A stretch of DNA of 64,000 nucleotides from Octopus bimaculoides (taxonomy: Eukaryota), in the NCBI RefSeq assembly GCF_001194135.2, contig NC_068985.1:127050683-127114682 (forward strand), written 5' to 3'. This document shows, piece by piece, positions 25,984-39,330 of this stretch. Position 1 is the stretch's first letter, and every line of letters starts with the position of its first letter. Under the pieces are notes generated by a model that ran no database searches, was not told the DNA's origin, and worked only from the letters and a program-made list of their open reading frames with translations. The position numbers and the translations under genes were made by a program.

Positions 25984-28918
25984 TAGAATTTGATTTGAAG
26001 AAGATTTGGTTGCTATTTCTAGGAAATGAAGCACTTGGTGGAGGTGCATTAATAATTCTGGTAGCTCCAATAACAAGTGCAGGCAATATTCAAGTATTTT
26101 GATGGCTTTTCCCCCCTTTGTTTACGAACAGTCAAGTTAATCGGAAATGTCAGAACTAACGGGGATTAATACCATATACACCGTCACAGCACTTACTGTA
26201 TTCAACTGAATAGACGTCAGTGATTAGTTGAAATTATCGAAATAAGACAATTTTTAACGTGAAATAACTTCGAATACAAAATTTTTTATCTGTTCTATAC
26301 CACAAAATATACAAGTATACGAAGTTTGAAAGTGTTTCGGTACCAAAAACACTACATTAAAAAATGTTGCCCGTCAAATCATAAAGGTCCAAACATTCTA
26401 GCCATAGCAATCCCATCTTTTATTTTCAGACTTGCTTTGTACAAGACAACTTTATCCAATGTGTCTGTGCCCTTTTTTGAAATAGTAGTGTTATATGAGA
26501 GAGATTTAGCTGCTATTTCCAGTAGTCCAAACGACCACAAGCTATACTCCGTTGGCCCTCGTGTAATGCCATTGTTGTTGTGTAGTCCTATCCCAGCCTT
26601 GATACAGCCAAGTCCACGACAGGCAGGTAGTTGTAATTTAGCCCCAAGTTGATCGAACCGTCCCATGAGAGAGGTAGGCTGCCAAACGGTGAACCACGAC
26701 TCAGCTCAATCTTTCTAGTTATACTATGTCTATCAAGCTGAAGACCATACTTACAAACTCCAATAGACATAACTAAATGAAGTGCAGTATGAGAGCCTGA
26801 AAATATTGCACACCCTCCAGGTTTAGATGGTAGTCACAGCGGAGGCAGGTTAGGTGGACCAGAATCGGTTGCTGTCCTGCACTTATTGTTTGTGGTGAGC
26901 TATAAATGCAGTATTTATGCTAATAAAGCGAGTAGACCCCACAAGCTGGCAGCTTAGCTTGGAGACTGCGGTCAGGAACAGTGGAAAACAAACGTCACGA
27001 CACTGATATACATTTGCCATCCGATAAATATATTATGTTAAAATAACATCTAATGGAGCAGGTTTTCCGTAAATTGCAGCGTCTGTTGGAGCTGGTTCAC
27101 AATCTACCAACTCTGGTGTACCTCAGCCTTCGACTTTGTCCTCTACACTTTGTGTCTTATACTTCAACGATCTATTTGCCGTCACCTTCAAACAACGCAG
27201 AAGACTCAAGTTTTCATTCTTCCTTAACCTTCTGTGCCCAAATAACATCTATATGCAATTTCACATTGAATTTGCATTGGTTCCACGAATAGATATTTCA
27301 AAAGTATCTTCGAACGAAATCATACCATCTTAGTCTCATTCGTATCAAGAAAAAATAAAGCACCCCTCCAAAATACCATTAACTTATAGTACAAGCTAAT
27401 ATACGATATGATAGCTGTCCAACTCGTTATCAAGGAAAACCATCACTGACCATTGCCCATGCGAAATGTCAGCAATGCTTGTGCATAAGGTTATTGCACC
27501 CGCGGTGCCTTCTTATTCGACAGGGCATCGGAAAGTTGCCTCGCTGACAATCGCAGAAGCCCAAAGTTTAGGTCCAATAAGGCTTGCACAACACCTCACT
27601 GACTCTTCACCCTATTGACATGATACAGAGACAAGACAGGGCAAGATATCCAGTACCAGCATGGGTCGCAGTCTCAGGGATATGGGAGAGCCATGATCTC
27701 AAACGCAAGCAAAAGATCTCCAAGATGTCCAATGCCATTCCCTGCATATTAGGTTAAATGTCAGTGTAACCTTCTTCCAGAGACATGCCTTAACGAAAGC
27801 TGAGGGGTGTCTCACACCCAGATGTCTTTCAGCACGCCAGGCACCAACCCAGAATTTCTGAAGGCCCGTGCTATATATTATAACATCTCAGCTAGTTAAG
27901 TCCGTTCCTAAATCTAGAAATGCTTAAAAAGTTAAGGACATTAGCGCAGACTGAACAATAAAAACGAGCTAACGTAAAAATATAAAAGAAAACGAGCCCG
28001 TAACTTCTAATTAAGTCAACACTGAAGACTACCTTGGCGAAGGGGTAAATACGCACACCTGGTGTTTAGGGTTAGGGTCAGGGTCACGCTGAAAACGAGT
28101 GGTGGGTGCATTTTTTTTTTAACTCCGCCGAATACCTTTATATTGTTTTGCACATACATCAACTTTTTTCTTTAAAAAAAATAACAAAGTAAATTTCTGA
28201 CAAGCTCATCTCTTTCTTATGTCTCATAAAAATACCTTAAACTCCCGCACTCTTCGTTCGATTGTAAGTAAACATGAGGTTATCTCGGCCGTCATCAGTC
28301 TAACAGACGTGACAAACTACATGACTGCAGTTTCGGTGAATGTTAAACTACTTATTCATATCTAACGGAAACAATTTGTAATATTTCAAGAGAAACACGC
28401 CTCCTTGGTGGCGAAGTGGGCGCCAATAGGGTTAAGGTTAGAGACAAATGCAAACTCAGAGAGAGTAAAAGGTATAAAAGAGGCGGCTAAGAGAAACAAA
28501 AGTAAAAAGTGGGAGTGTATTGCTAACATGCTGACGCACGTGGTTAACAAAACATCACATTTGTAGTGGGAATATTCAGCAATCACCCGATGTACTTAAT
28601 CCATCTTACTAAAAAACTGAACTAAGTGCCGCTAATTCCATCACCAATACTTTAAGTTATACACCAGGCACGGATATAAGTCAAAAACTCAGTGGCTGGT
28701 GTAGATAGCTACGTCATAACATCCTATTCCTCCATCCTCCTCTTTCTCTCTCTCTCTCTCTCGAAAAAAAGGGGTGGGGAGCAGCAAATCAAAAACGTAT
28801 CTTAAAAAAAAAATAAAAAACTCGAGCGGTTGTTGATCTCTGTCAAACAGTCGTGCACAGCCATCCGAATAACAGAATAGTTTCTGCTTTCGACCTCTCG
28901 CCAGAAGAAAGAAAAACT

Positions 28919-28994
28919 ATGGGTAACTTTATCGGTAAATGGGAACAATTTGATGAGGATCTTGAAAATGCTGACGCTTTCTTCAAAGCAGCAG
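28919..28994 (+). CDS. FABP-family intracellular lipid-binding protein, coding exon 1
   Basis: ATG at 28919; MGNFIGKWEQFDEDLENADAFFKAA(G); G|gtacgt donor (phase 1). Carries the calycin GxW motif and an EN.D.F.KA.G helix-1 pattern. Too short to appear in the ORF track. Confidence 0.88.
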
Positions 28995-31900
28995 GTACGT
29001 GTTGCGTACTTTTTTTTAAAAAAAGCTAATGGACTCAATTCTTTCTTTTTAACAAATGTCGTAGCTAGTTGAGATGGTTTACCTTTTTAACGTGCTGATT
29101 TTTTAAAGTAACAACAGTGAAAATATAACAAAAAGTAACTCCATTTACAGTATAGGAGGTCTAAATATATGAGAGCTGGAGAGAAATTAACAGACAAGGA
29201 ATATTACATAAATTGTATAAAATGCGTGCACTTTGTCAGCTCTATGAAACCACTTTCATTCTTGTCTGGGATGCAGTCTTTTTTGTCACATAATTGTGGT
29301 CTCAGGTCAGCTCTGGTCGGTCCAAAACACGCAGAGACTTGTTAATCCAGATACATCTTTACGTAGTTAAGAGCCGTGAAGCACGCCGACATGCAATGAT
29401 GAATTGTAGGGTTGATAGTTCAAACAAGTTGCAATCTCTTCACTATCACAATACGTCATCGTACGCTTGTTGTCGTAGTTTGCTCCTGCGCGTCAGCCCT
29501 GATTAAACTATCACCATTCTGTCTTTTCCAACGCGTCTTTTACTTATTTTAGTCAAATGATTAGATTTAAAGATTTGGCTGCTTTTTCTAGCAAGTAAGG
29601 CGACCACCTAGAGAATCACTCGTTTCTTGTTGCTGACTCTTAACGAGTCTTGAGATTCCATAGTAGTCGAAAATCAGTAATACTGTGTTTGATTAAGCGG
29701 ACAACCCTTTTGCTACTAAAAGAGTGAAGAAAACGTGGTAGAGGGGGAACAGAGTCTTTTGGAAAGANNNNNNNNNNNNNNNNNNNNNNNNNNNNNNNNN
29801 NNNNNNNNNNNNNNNNNNNNNNNNNNNNTACGATTCAATTTTAAATTTTGCGCAAGTATAGTTCATATACTAATAAACCAACCCCAAATTAATCTTGATT
29901 CCAACCTTGATCATGTCCTTTTTCAGGTAAAATGTAAGCAAAATTCTGGTTTAAGCACCCAGTATAATCCCTCCTAACTTTTCTTTCATTTTTAGGAACT
30001 TTCAGAAAATTTTGCGAATTTGTCTTTTACAAACGAGAATTCATACGATTATGGCAAAAAAAAAACAAAAAAAATCCGCCCCATACATCTTGAAATTTCT
30101 ACTGTTTTCGATTTTTTAAAAAAAATCAGTTTCAAATACGGACCAAATTTTTTGCTTAAATCCTAGCAATGGACTACCTTTAGGTGCATCATAACTCCAT
30201 TAAATGTGTTTATGGGGAGAAAAATATTAAAAAGCATCATACATGTCAGAGTGAGAGAAACGAGGAAGGCATCAGTTGGTCGTGGGATGTGCTAAAAACA
30301 AATCACACTTTTTTGTGTGTTTTTGGATAATCGTATGAATTCCTGTGTGTATCTTTTACTTGTTTGAGTCATTTGACTGCTACCATTCTGGGGCATCGCC
30401 TTGAAGGGTTTTAGTCGAACAAATTGACTCCAGGACTTTTTTAAGGCTTGTACTAATTCTAACAGTCTCTTTTGCTGAACTACAAAAGTGTGTCTGTTTG
30501 ACCCCCACCACCGCTGGTTTGATTATGTACCCATAACTTAGTAGTTCAGCAAAAAGGGACTGATAGAATAAAATAAGTACCAGACTTTAAAAAAACAAGA
30601 GTATTGTGGTCGATTTGATGTTGCCCCAGCATGACTGTAGTCCAATGACAAACTAGTAAAAGATAAATAATTAAATTCTTCTCTCGATTATCAAAAATCA
30701 CATTACATTACGTTTGGTTCATATTGTTCACTGAATTGAAATTGAAGTTTATTATTTGCATAACAAGTGAAAAGAGAATTGGACTGTCAAGTAATAATTT
30801 TGAAAAGATTTTGAGTTATGAAGTTAACTTATATTGTTTACCTGCTCCAGTCACTAGACTGCAGCCTTGGCTGGGGCACGGCTTTGAAGGGTTTAGTCAA
30901 ACTCAACTCCAGTACTTATTTATAAGTCTAATACTTATGGTAAGTTGGGTTTATATCAAATTCTTTTGCTGAACCACTAAGTTACAAGGATGTAAACTAA
31001 CCAACACTGATTGTCTAGTGCTCTGTGGTGACAGACGTGTAATGGAATGCAACATTGTGGTATGACGACAGTTATATGATAAAACAAATCAGAAGTAAAA
31101 GTTATATTACAATTTATTTGAGTGTTGTAACATTTCTGGAGGTGTAATTACAAAAGCAAAACAAAAGGTTTCTTGTTTCAGGATTACAAGAGTTCATGGT
31201 AGCTGTGTCGTGTTTCCATGTGTGAAGATGGTGCATGTCGAAAAAGTTCAATGTGCAGGCATAGTTGTGTTGTCAGAAGTTTACTTCCCCCAACCACAGG
31301 TATCCAGGTTCAGTCCCACAGTGTGACACCTACTATAGCCCTGGACTGGCCAAAGCCTCATGAATTTAATTGGTAGAATGGAAATATCTGTGTGTATGTG
31401 TTAGTCCTGCACCAGTTTGACAACTGGTGTTGTTTGTTTACCCCCGCCCCTATAACTTAGCAGTTGGGTAAAAGAGAACCAACAGAATGCCGGTCTTCAA
31501 AAAAAAAAAATATTAGGGGTTGATTTGTTCAACTAAACCATTCAGGGCAGTGCCCCAGCATGGCCACAGTTCAATGACTGAAACACGTAAAAGTTAAAAG
31601 ATAACTGAAATTACCCAAGAAGATTGGTTGACAAAAAGCTCCCCCCCTTGGAGTGCAGTGGGCAAAGGAGATAAAAGCAGTTAGGGTTAGGGTTAGATAT
31701 GATCTGATCTTTCAAGCCAACTGTTTAACCCTTTTGCGCTTCAGCCACTCATATCCAGCCAAAATATTCTGTCCGTTTTATGTTCAAACTGGCCAGATCT
31801 GGCTTCTCACACCTACCTTGCAATGTCATTCGTAAAATAAACAATTACATCATCAATATCTCAAAGCTACAAGATAACCGTAAAAACCATGCCAAAATAG

Positions 31901-32057
31901 ACACATAAGGCCAGCTCTTGTCAAACCGTCCAACCCATACTGGCATACGTATGTATCATCATCATCATCATTTAATGTCTGTTGCCCATGCTGGTATGGG
32001 TTGGACAGTTTGATTGGGCTAGCACACTGGAAGGCTACACCAGTATATACAAACACA

Positions 32058-33016
32058 TCTATATATATAAAACTCAGATTGTGTGTGTGGTGTGTAAACC
32101 TGTATAACTTCTGAAGTTCACAACTTATTTTCTTCAAACTGGGAACATACATTACTTATGTTCCAGAGATGGTTTTGGACTCTTAATTCGCTTACATGTG
32201 GTACTTTGTAAAACTTATTTGGTTACTAGGTAATATTGATAAGTAATACTGATGTTTTTTATTGTCGTTTAATTATTAACGTAACAGTATCATCTCAGTT
32301 CATTGTATGTATTTCTTAAAATTTGCTAAGATATTGATATTATTTACCTTTTTTTACTGACATTTCATTATTAATGTACAATTGTCAATAATTATTAATG
32401 TACAATTGTCAATAATGTCTCCAAAGAAGAGATCCTCCATTGACTAAAAAACAGTGGTAGCAGAGAAATTGAAAAGAAGGAGAGCAAATGAATCGTCACA
32501 GGAGACTTCAATTAGACAACCAAAAAATGCTGCATGTGCAGTTACTGCAAGAGCAATGGGAAGCTATGAGCAGCATAGTATTCGCCTGGCCAGGAATACT
32601 GCATGAACAGCTTCAGCCTATTCCATCCCCTTTACCATGTCATTTCTTTCATGTAGATTTCTCTCCTATGGTGTTGTTGAGCGCACCCACAACCTTAATT
32701 TATCACATAGATGTAGTTCCTATGTCTGCTGATTATTTAGTGTGGTAGTGGCAGCACCGACAGCTGCAAAGGAGAGTATATCCACAGAGCTTTTTGGTGC
32801 ATTCAAAAATCACATACCCACCACCCACTTTTCCATGACAAGATTAGGACCTGGAATCTTCCAAACAGATGCCTGACATATCACCTAGTTGAACTAGTAC
32901 TTCATTTACTCCACAAATGTTTTGTTGTCAATGCTGCACTTCCCTGTATTAAATATTTCAACTTAACTGTACCATATGACATTTAAATCCTGAGCAACAC
33001 TGGATATGTCTGCTAG
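32058..33016 (+). mobile_element. Non-autonomous Helitron-like element in FABP intron 1
   Basis: Begins A|TCTATATATATAAAA and ends gagcaacactggatatgtctgCTAG|T, an A|T insertion site with TC...CTAG termini. Contains a decayed MSPKKRSS...RRRANES N-terminus-like segment. Confidence 0.6.
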
Positions 33017-33145
33017 TGTATATATAGAGAGAGAGAGACACACACACAAATGTGTGTGTGTGTGTGTGAGGGGGCGGGGGGCATGTTGTGATGCTGATTA
33101 TGAATAAAATACTTATAATTGATATATTTGTATCTTTTTCTTCAG

Positions 33146-33327
33146 GCCTCAATGACGAAAGCAAAATAGAAGAAATGAAGAAAACTCGTGCAATAATGGA
33201 ATGTCAAAAAGACGGTGATGGTTACAAATCCATCTATACTGATATGAACAGTGGGATGTCAAAAGAGTATCACTTCAAAATAGGGGAACCATTTGAATCA
33301 GATGATCTCCATGGAAAGAAATTCAAG
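33146..33327 (+). CDS. FABP-family protein, coding exon 2
   Basis: tctttttcttcag| acceptor, AAG|gtaata donor, 182 nt, phases 1/0. Encodes (G)LNDESKIEEMKKTRAIMECQKDGDGYKSIYTDMNSGMSKEYHFKIGEPFESDDLHGKKFK, with the FABP F-K-x-G-E-x-F-E motif. Confidence 0.9.
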
Positions 33328-33399
33328 GTAATATATTTTTTATTTCCATTTGTTTTCTTTCCTACCATTGATGTGTTTTTTGATCCAATGTTGGATGCA

Positions 33400-36310
33400 G
33401 CATGACTGGATACTCAAGTATCAACAACTGATCTGAACTGTTCCCAATACAGAGCTGATAATAGAATAGTCTTGGAGAGATGCATGAAATGGATTACTCC
33501 GAGGAAGATGAACAAACATGACTTCTCACATGAACATTCAGAACAAATTTTATCACCCAATAGGCTCCATGTTTTAAGTGAAGATTTTGAACAAAGCCCA
33601 TAAGGTAGTCAGGAATCTAAAATGAGAGTAAGACTCTGGAAACCACTTGCCCAAGAAAATCCATCACACGAGAGAATAAGTCGGTCATAAAATTATCTTA
33701 ACTAAAACTTTCACCCGACGATGTCTCTGACTTGGCGCTTGGACTGAGTTTCTGCCCAAGCGCTAAAAACATCGACAAGAATAAATGAGCTCGGCTATTT
33801 CAGTTTGTCCACCGTCACAAGCTGGAGGAATATTTTTCTGGAAAAACTGGTAATGAAAAGTCAGAAAACCCTATACTTACTGAAAATAAAAATGATGATC
33901 ATCGAATCTGGCATAATTGGATTGAAAAGAATCCCAATTAGTATCCAGATAAAGTTCAGGATGGACGTTCACAAGCACTACTTGAATATCTTGGATCTTG
34001 TCAGACAGGAATTAGGGAAAGCCTTAGAACAAGTAGAAAGAAGTCCTGGAATAACCTCACAGATTCCCAACGTTATGCTCTCCAATGTCTAACTAATGAC
34101 AATTCTATTGTTATTAAAATGGTGGAAAAGAAAGACACTATGGTAATTATGGATAAAAGTGAGTATATTTTGGCTTGTGAAGAAGTTTTAAGTGACAAAA
34201 CTTCATATAAAGAATTACCTGTCAATCCAAACCCCAATTACAGAGAGGAACTTGAGAAAATAATTCTGGAAATGGAAGAAAACAATTTCATTATTAAGGC
34301 TGAATCGAGGATTTTACAGTCAGAAAAAAGTACACCAGTATTTTATGGTCTCTCTAAAATACAAAAGAAGTTTGAAAGATTTCCTACAATGCACCCAATT
34401 TACAGTAGATATGAATGCTGTACAACCAAGATTTTGGAATGGCTGGATGACTTTCTATTACCCGTCACAAAAAGATCAAGTTCCTATATTCAGGATACTT
34501 TTGATTTTGTGTCTAAAATCAACAACTTTTTTAAGCATTGAAGCCAAATCATAAACTGTGTTTTGGTAACCATGGATGTTTCTTCCTTATATCCCAATAT
34601 CGACCATGATGAAGGGGTAGAAGCATGCATGAATGCCTTCGAAAAACAATCAAACAAAGATATTCCATCAAATTTCCTCTGTAGGCTATTAAGGTTTGTG
34701 TTACAAAGTAACAATGAAGTTTGGATAAAAATTTTACCTCCAGACGAGAGGTTGCGCCATGGGTACCCCCATAGTAGTTAATTTTGCTAATGTCTTTATG
34801 ACAAAATTCAAGACACAATTACTAAAGACATTTAAATTCCTACATGCTCATGAACCAATACTCTACTTACAGTCCATTGATGATGTCCTTTTTTGTCTGG
34901 GAAGGAACACAGGATAGTTTAATTAACTTCTTGCATTTCTGTGACTATTATGCAAAAAACTATGGCTTTAAATGCAACATAAAACGTACATCTAATTTTT
35001 CAAAAACTAGCATTGAATTTTTGGGACACAAAAGTTAAGTTTTCTGGAGGCAAAATAGCGACAGAGTTATTTTGCAAGCCCACGTTATCCCACATTTACA
35101 TCCACCATTGCTCTGGTCATCCACATCGTAGAATTTGGTCAAATCAGAAATCCCAATTTTTGAGTATAAAATGGATTTGTACTAATATAAGGGATTACTG
35201 GAAACATGCAAATGCTTTTGTACACCATTATGTCAAATGCAGTTACAGTGAATCGTGATTAAAGGAAATAGCAAATGAGAAAGCTAAGATTAGCAAAGAA
35301 AGTCAAACTGTCATGCATAATTTTAGCAAACAATACAATATGTGACAGAACTCATTTAGTGATTAACTGGCACTGAAATGTTGCTGGTATTTCAAAAGTG
35401 TTGCATGAAAGTCACCAGCATGTTGCAGAAAAATATCCTCATTTTGAACAGATATTTCCTCAGCTGGCTATTGTAGCCTTTAGATTGAATAAAAATATAA
35501 GAGAACTATCAACCCCCCATTTCTGACTCCAAGAAAACTAACATTGGAATATCTGCATACTGTACCTTGAAAAACAGTCGCAAGAGAGGTAAGCCTTGTT
35601 CATTGTGCAACAGCATGAGTCAAGTGAATTCAATTAGGAATCATAACAGAAATGTTATGATTTATACAGAAGGTGGGACATGTAGAGATTCCCATTTGGT
35701 GTATGTGGCAGAATGCACGAAACACAACTTACATTGGTTGTACAAGAGAACAATTAAACAAAAGATTTAATGGGCACAGATATGACATTAGGCACAATAA
35801 CAGTAATTCGACAGAGATTGTTGAACATTTTGCTTCAAACGGCTGCAATTTTGAAAAAGACTTTGAAGTGTATATTCTCAGAAAATATTTTGAATCTGCT
35901 ACACTTTCAATACTCAAAAAGCATGAGGAGAAATATGTTTGCGGGTTATTAACATCACATCCTGGAAGAATGCATAAAATGATAGAATTTCATCAAATTG
36001 ACACAAACCTGTTTGATTAAATATTCTTCTTCTTCCTCCTTTTCTCTTTTCTTTCCATTTTTTCTATCTTTTTCTTTTTGCCAGTTATAAAATTGAAACT
36101 TAGACTGGTGATGTCAGTCCATTAACATGTGGATGCTGGTTACTCTTGATATATTTTAGATTTGAATTTTTATCACTTTTTCTTTTGAACTCAACAAAGA
36201 TGGGCTTGCTGTCGAAATATCGTTCAACCAATAAAATATCTATTGCAATCACATCGCGCTCTTCATCTTGTCTGTTTACCCTTGTGAAGAGTTACATCAA
36301 TCCTTTAAAA
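33400..36310 (+). mobile_element. Penelope-like element (RT plus GIY-YIG endonuclease), decayed, in FABP intron 2
   Basis: LGLSFCP; K.DTMVIMDKSEY; FYGL.KI.K; VTMDVSSLYPNIDH.EG; CSLC...LVYVAEC...YIG.T...LNKRFNGHRYDI. Multiple frameshifts; ends approximate. Confidence 0.88.
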
Positions 36311-36329
36311 ATATTATTGTTATTAATGT

Positions 36330-36937
36330 GAGCTGGCAGAATTGTTAGTATGCCAGGCAAAATGCTTAGCAGTATCTTGCCCGTTGCTACGTTCTGAGTT
36401 CAAATTCCACCGAGATCAACTTTGCCTTTCATCCTTTTGGGGTCAATAAATCAAATACCAGTGAAATACTGGGGTTGATGTAATTGACTAGTTTCCTTTC
36501 CCAAAATTTCAAGCCTTGTGCCTATAGTAGAAAGGATTATTATTATTAATATTATTATTATTACTGTGAACTGACAAAATCCTTAGCATAGTGGGTAAAA
36601 TACTGCTGAAGTCAACTTTGTTTTAGGGTTGATAATATAAGTACCAGTGGCATACTGACTTACCCCCACCCCTAAAACTGCTGGGCTTGTGCCAAAATTT
36701 GAAACCATTATTATTATTATTCATCCTTTAACATGTTTTCCATGGTGACATGGGTTGACCAGAGCTGGCAAGCCAGAGAGTTGCACCAGGATCCAGTCTG
36801 ATTTCTACAACTGGATGCCCTTCCTAACACCAGCCACTTTATAATGTGGGCTGGGTGCTTTTACCTTGGCACCAACACGAGCACCTTTACATGGTGCCAG
36901 CATAAATGCTTTTTATGTACCACGAGCATATGTAATT

Positions 36938-36976
<39 letters not shown>

Positions 36977-37284
36977 GGTGGAGGGGGGGGGAGCTGGCAG
37001 AATTGTTAGCATGCTGGGCGAAATGCTTAGCAGTATTTTGCCTGTCGTTACATTCTGAGATCAAATTCTGCCAAGGTCGACTGTCAACCTTTCAGGGTCG
37101 ATGAATTAAGTACCAGGGAAACACTGGGGTTGATGTAATTGACTAGTCCCCTCCCCACAAACTTCAGGCCTTTAGTAGAAAGGATTATTATTATTATTAG
37201 TTCCAGTTGAGTACTGAATTTGACATAATTGACTTAACCCCCTCCCCAAAAATTGCTGGCATTGTGACAAACTCGAAACCATTA

Positions 37285-37285
<1 letters not shown>
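36330..37285 (+). mobile_element. Cluster of SINE copies (core gcctttcatcctt..ggggtcgataaa.taagtaccag)
   Basis: Same core recurs at about 1085-1215 (-), 1320-1460 (-), 5770-5960, 23460-23700, 39735-39940, 51125-51295 and 62100-62470. Resembles a MetaSINE-type central domain (recalled, unverified). Confidence 0.75.
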
Positions 37286-37315
<30 letters not shown>

Positions 37316-37594
37316 AGAGCCAGTGCTGCATTAAAAACCCACTTGTGCCAGTGGCATATAAAAACACCCAGCATACTCTGTAAAGTGGTCGGTGTTAGGG
37401 TTAGGGTTAGGAAGGGCATCCGGCCATGGAAAAACCAGGCCACAGCAGATAGTTGGTGTCTGGACAACTCCTGTCAAACTGTCCAACCCATGCCAGCATG
37501 GAAAATGGACATTAAACGATGATGATGATGATGACAGAGCAAGAATTTTGGAATAGTGAATGATGTACTAACAATGTTTTGCTTCATTTCCCAG

Positions 37595-37702
37595 GGGGTC
37601 ATTACAATAGAAAGCCCAACTAAAATTAAAGAATGCTACACTGAATGGTCACCAACTGAAATTATAACTATCAGGGAGGTCGATGGGGACATCTTAACAG
37701 TG
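37595..37702 (+). CDS. FABP-family protein, coding exon 3
   Basis: catttcccag| acceptor, GTG|gtaagt donor, 108 nt, phases 0/0. Encodes GVITIESPTKIKECYTEWSPTEIITIREVDGDILTV, with the FABP R-E-x-x-G-D-x-L pattern. Confidence 0.88.
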
Positions 37703-37846
37703 GTAAGTCTGATGCTTTGCTTTTTTTTCCTAATTCTAATTTTGTTGCTTAGGTTTCAAAGTGTGTCTGTCTTGCTACAAGTCTTTCCAACAATATATTT
37801 ATGTTTCTTTGCGTGCGCGTGTGTGTGTGAGAGAGGGAGAGAGAGA

Positions 37847-37855
<9 letters not shown>

Positions 37856-37924
<69 letters not shown>
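37856..37924. repeat. (GA)n microsatellite
   Basis: Direct reading, more than 30 units. Confidence 0.95.
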
Positions 37925-37926
<2 letters not shown>

Positions 37927-38496
37927 AGACATGTATTTTGACTTGTTACAGTCATTGGATTGTGGCCATGCTGGGACACTATCCCTCAGTAAAGTCTAGC
38001 ACTTATGCTTATTCTATCAGTCTCTTTTTGCTGAACCATTAAGTCATTGGAGGCAAACAAACCCACATCAGTTGTCAAGTGATGAGATGAATACAAATAA
38101 ACAAACACACACACATACCCACAAATAATATATTTATTCTTTTACTTGTTTCATACATTTGACCGTGGCCATGTTGGAGCATAGCCTTATATAAATATAC
38201 ACACACAATGGACTTTGAAATTGTTTTGGGCTATCAGATTCATTCACTAGGCATTGGTCAATCTAGAGCTGTATAGTAGAAGACACTTGTCCAAAGTGCT
38301 GCTTCATGGGATTGAACCTGAAATGACATGATTGCAGTGTAAACTTCTAAACCACACAACTATGTTTGCACCATTTTTGCTTGGATTTTGTAAATTTGCT
38401 GCATGGTGGCATGAAAAATGCACCCAGTACACATTATAAAGTGGTTGGCATCTAGCCATAGAAACCATGCCAAAGCAGACACTTTTTGAGCTTATC

Positions 38497-39330
38497 TCTA
38501 CAGATTCTCCATAGAAATTATAGCCAGCACTGATTTTGTTAAGACATTTCATATCCAAATACACCTGTCAACAACAATGTGATCGAAGATGGAAAAGTGG
38601 GTAATGGGTGTATATGCATATTTCAGGAGTTCTTGCTCCTCATCCAGCACTACATTCAACCCATTAACCATACATGAACACATTGCTTAAATAACCACTA
38701 AATACAGCAGTGTAACATTATTGGATATACCAGTTTTAGATATAAAACACATTCCTAACAGCTGGTATGTACATGTAGGGACACCATATTTTGTTATGCA
38801 ACCACAATATACTACAAAGTATATTAAATACTATGTACTGCTGTGTTAGCAGTGCTATTACATCAGTTTTTAAGGTTACCTCTACAGATATTCTATAGCA
38901 CTGATTTTGATACGACGTTTTGTATCTGAATATGTCTAAGGTAAACAAGAATGTGATTGAAGATGGAAAAATGGGTAATGAGTGTATATGCATATTTCAT
39001 GAGTTCTTGCTCTTTCTTCAGTACTACATCCAACCCATTAACCATCCATGAACTCAGTGCTTAAATAGCTACTAAATATAACAGTGTAACACTGTTGGAT
39101 GTACCAATTTTACATATTAAGCACATTCTTGGCAGCTAGTACATACATATTAATATTTTGTTATACTACAGAGTAGTATATTAAACACTTTATAAGTCAA
39201 TACTGTCTCTTGCCATGTTATCAGTACTATTAAATCACTTGTTAAAGATATCTCTACAGATTTTCTATAGAAATTACAGCCTGTACTGATTTTGTTACAA
39301 CGTTTCGTATCTGAATACGTCTAATGTCAA
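38497..39330. repeat. Diverged tandem duplication, about 380-bp unit, about 2.2 copies, FABP intron 3
   Basis: Unit start tctacagat recurs at 38497, 38881 and 39253. Shared blocks such as gaagatggaaaa.tgggtaatg.gtgtatatgcatatttca. Confidence 0.85.

Noticed and set aside
28473-28479. TATAAAA as the FABP TATA box
   Set aside because: It is about 440 bp from the ATG in AT-rich DNA with no TSS data, so it cannot be supported.
33747-33775. GCGCTTGG...CCAAGCGC hairpin
   Set aside because: It lies in the PLE coding region (LGLSFCPSA) and has no ribozyme core, so it is probably incidental.
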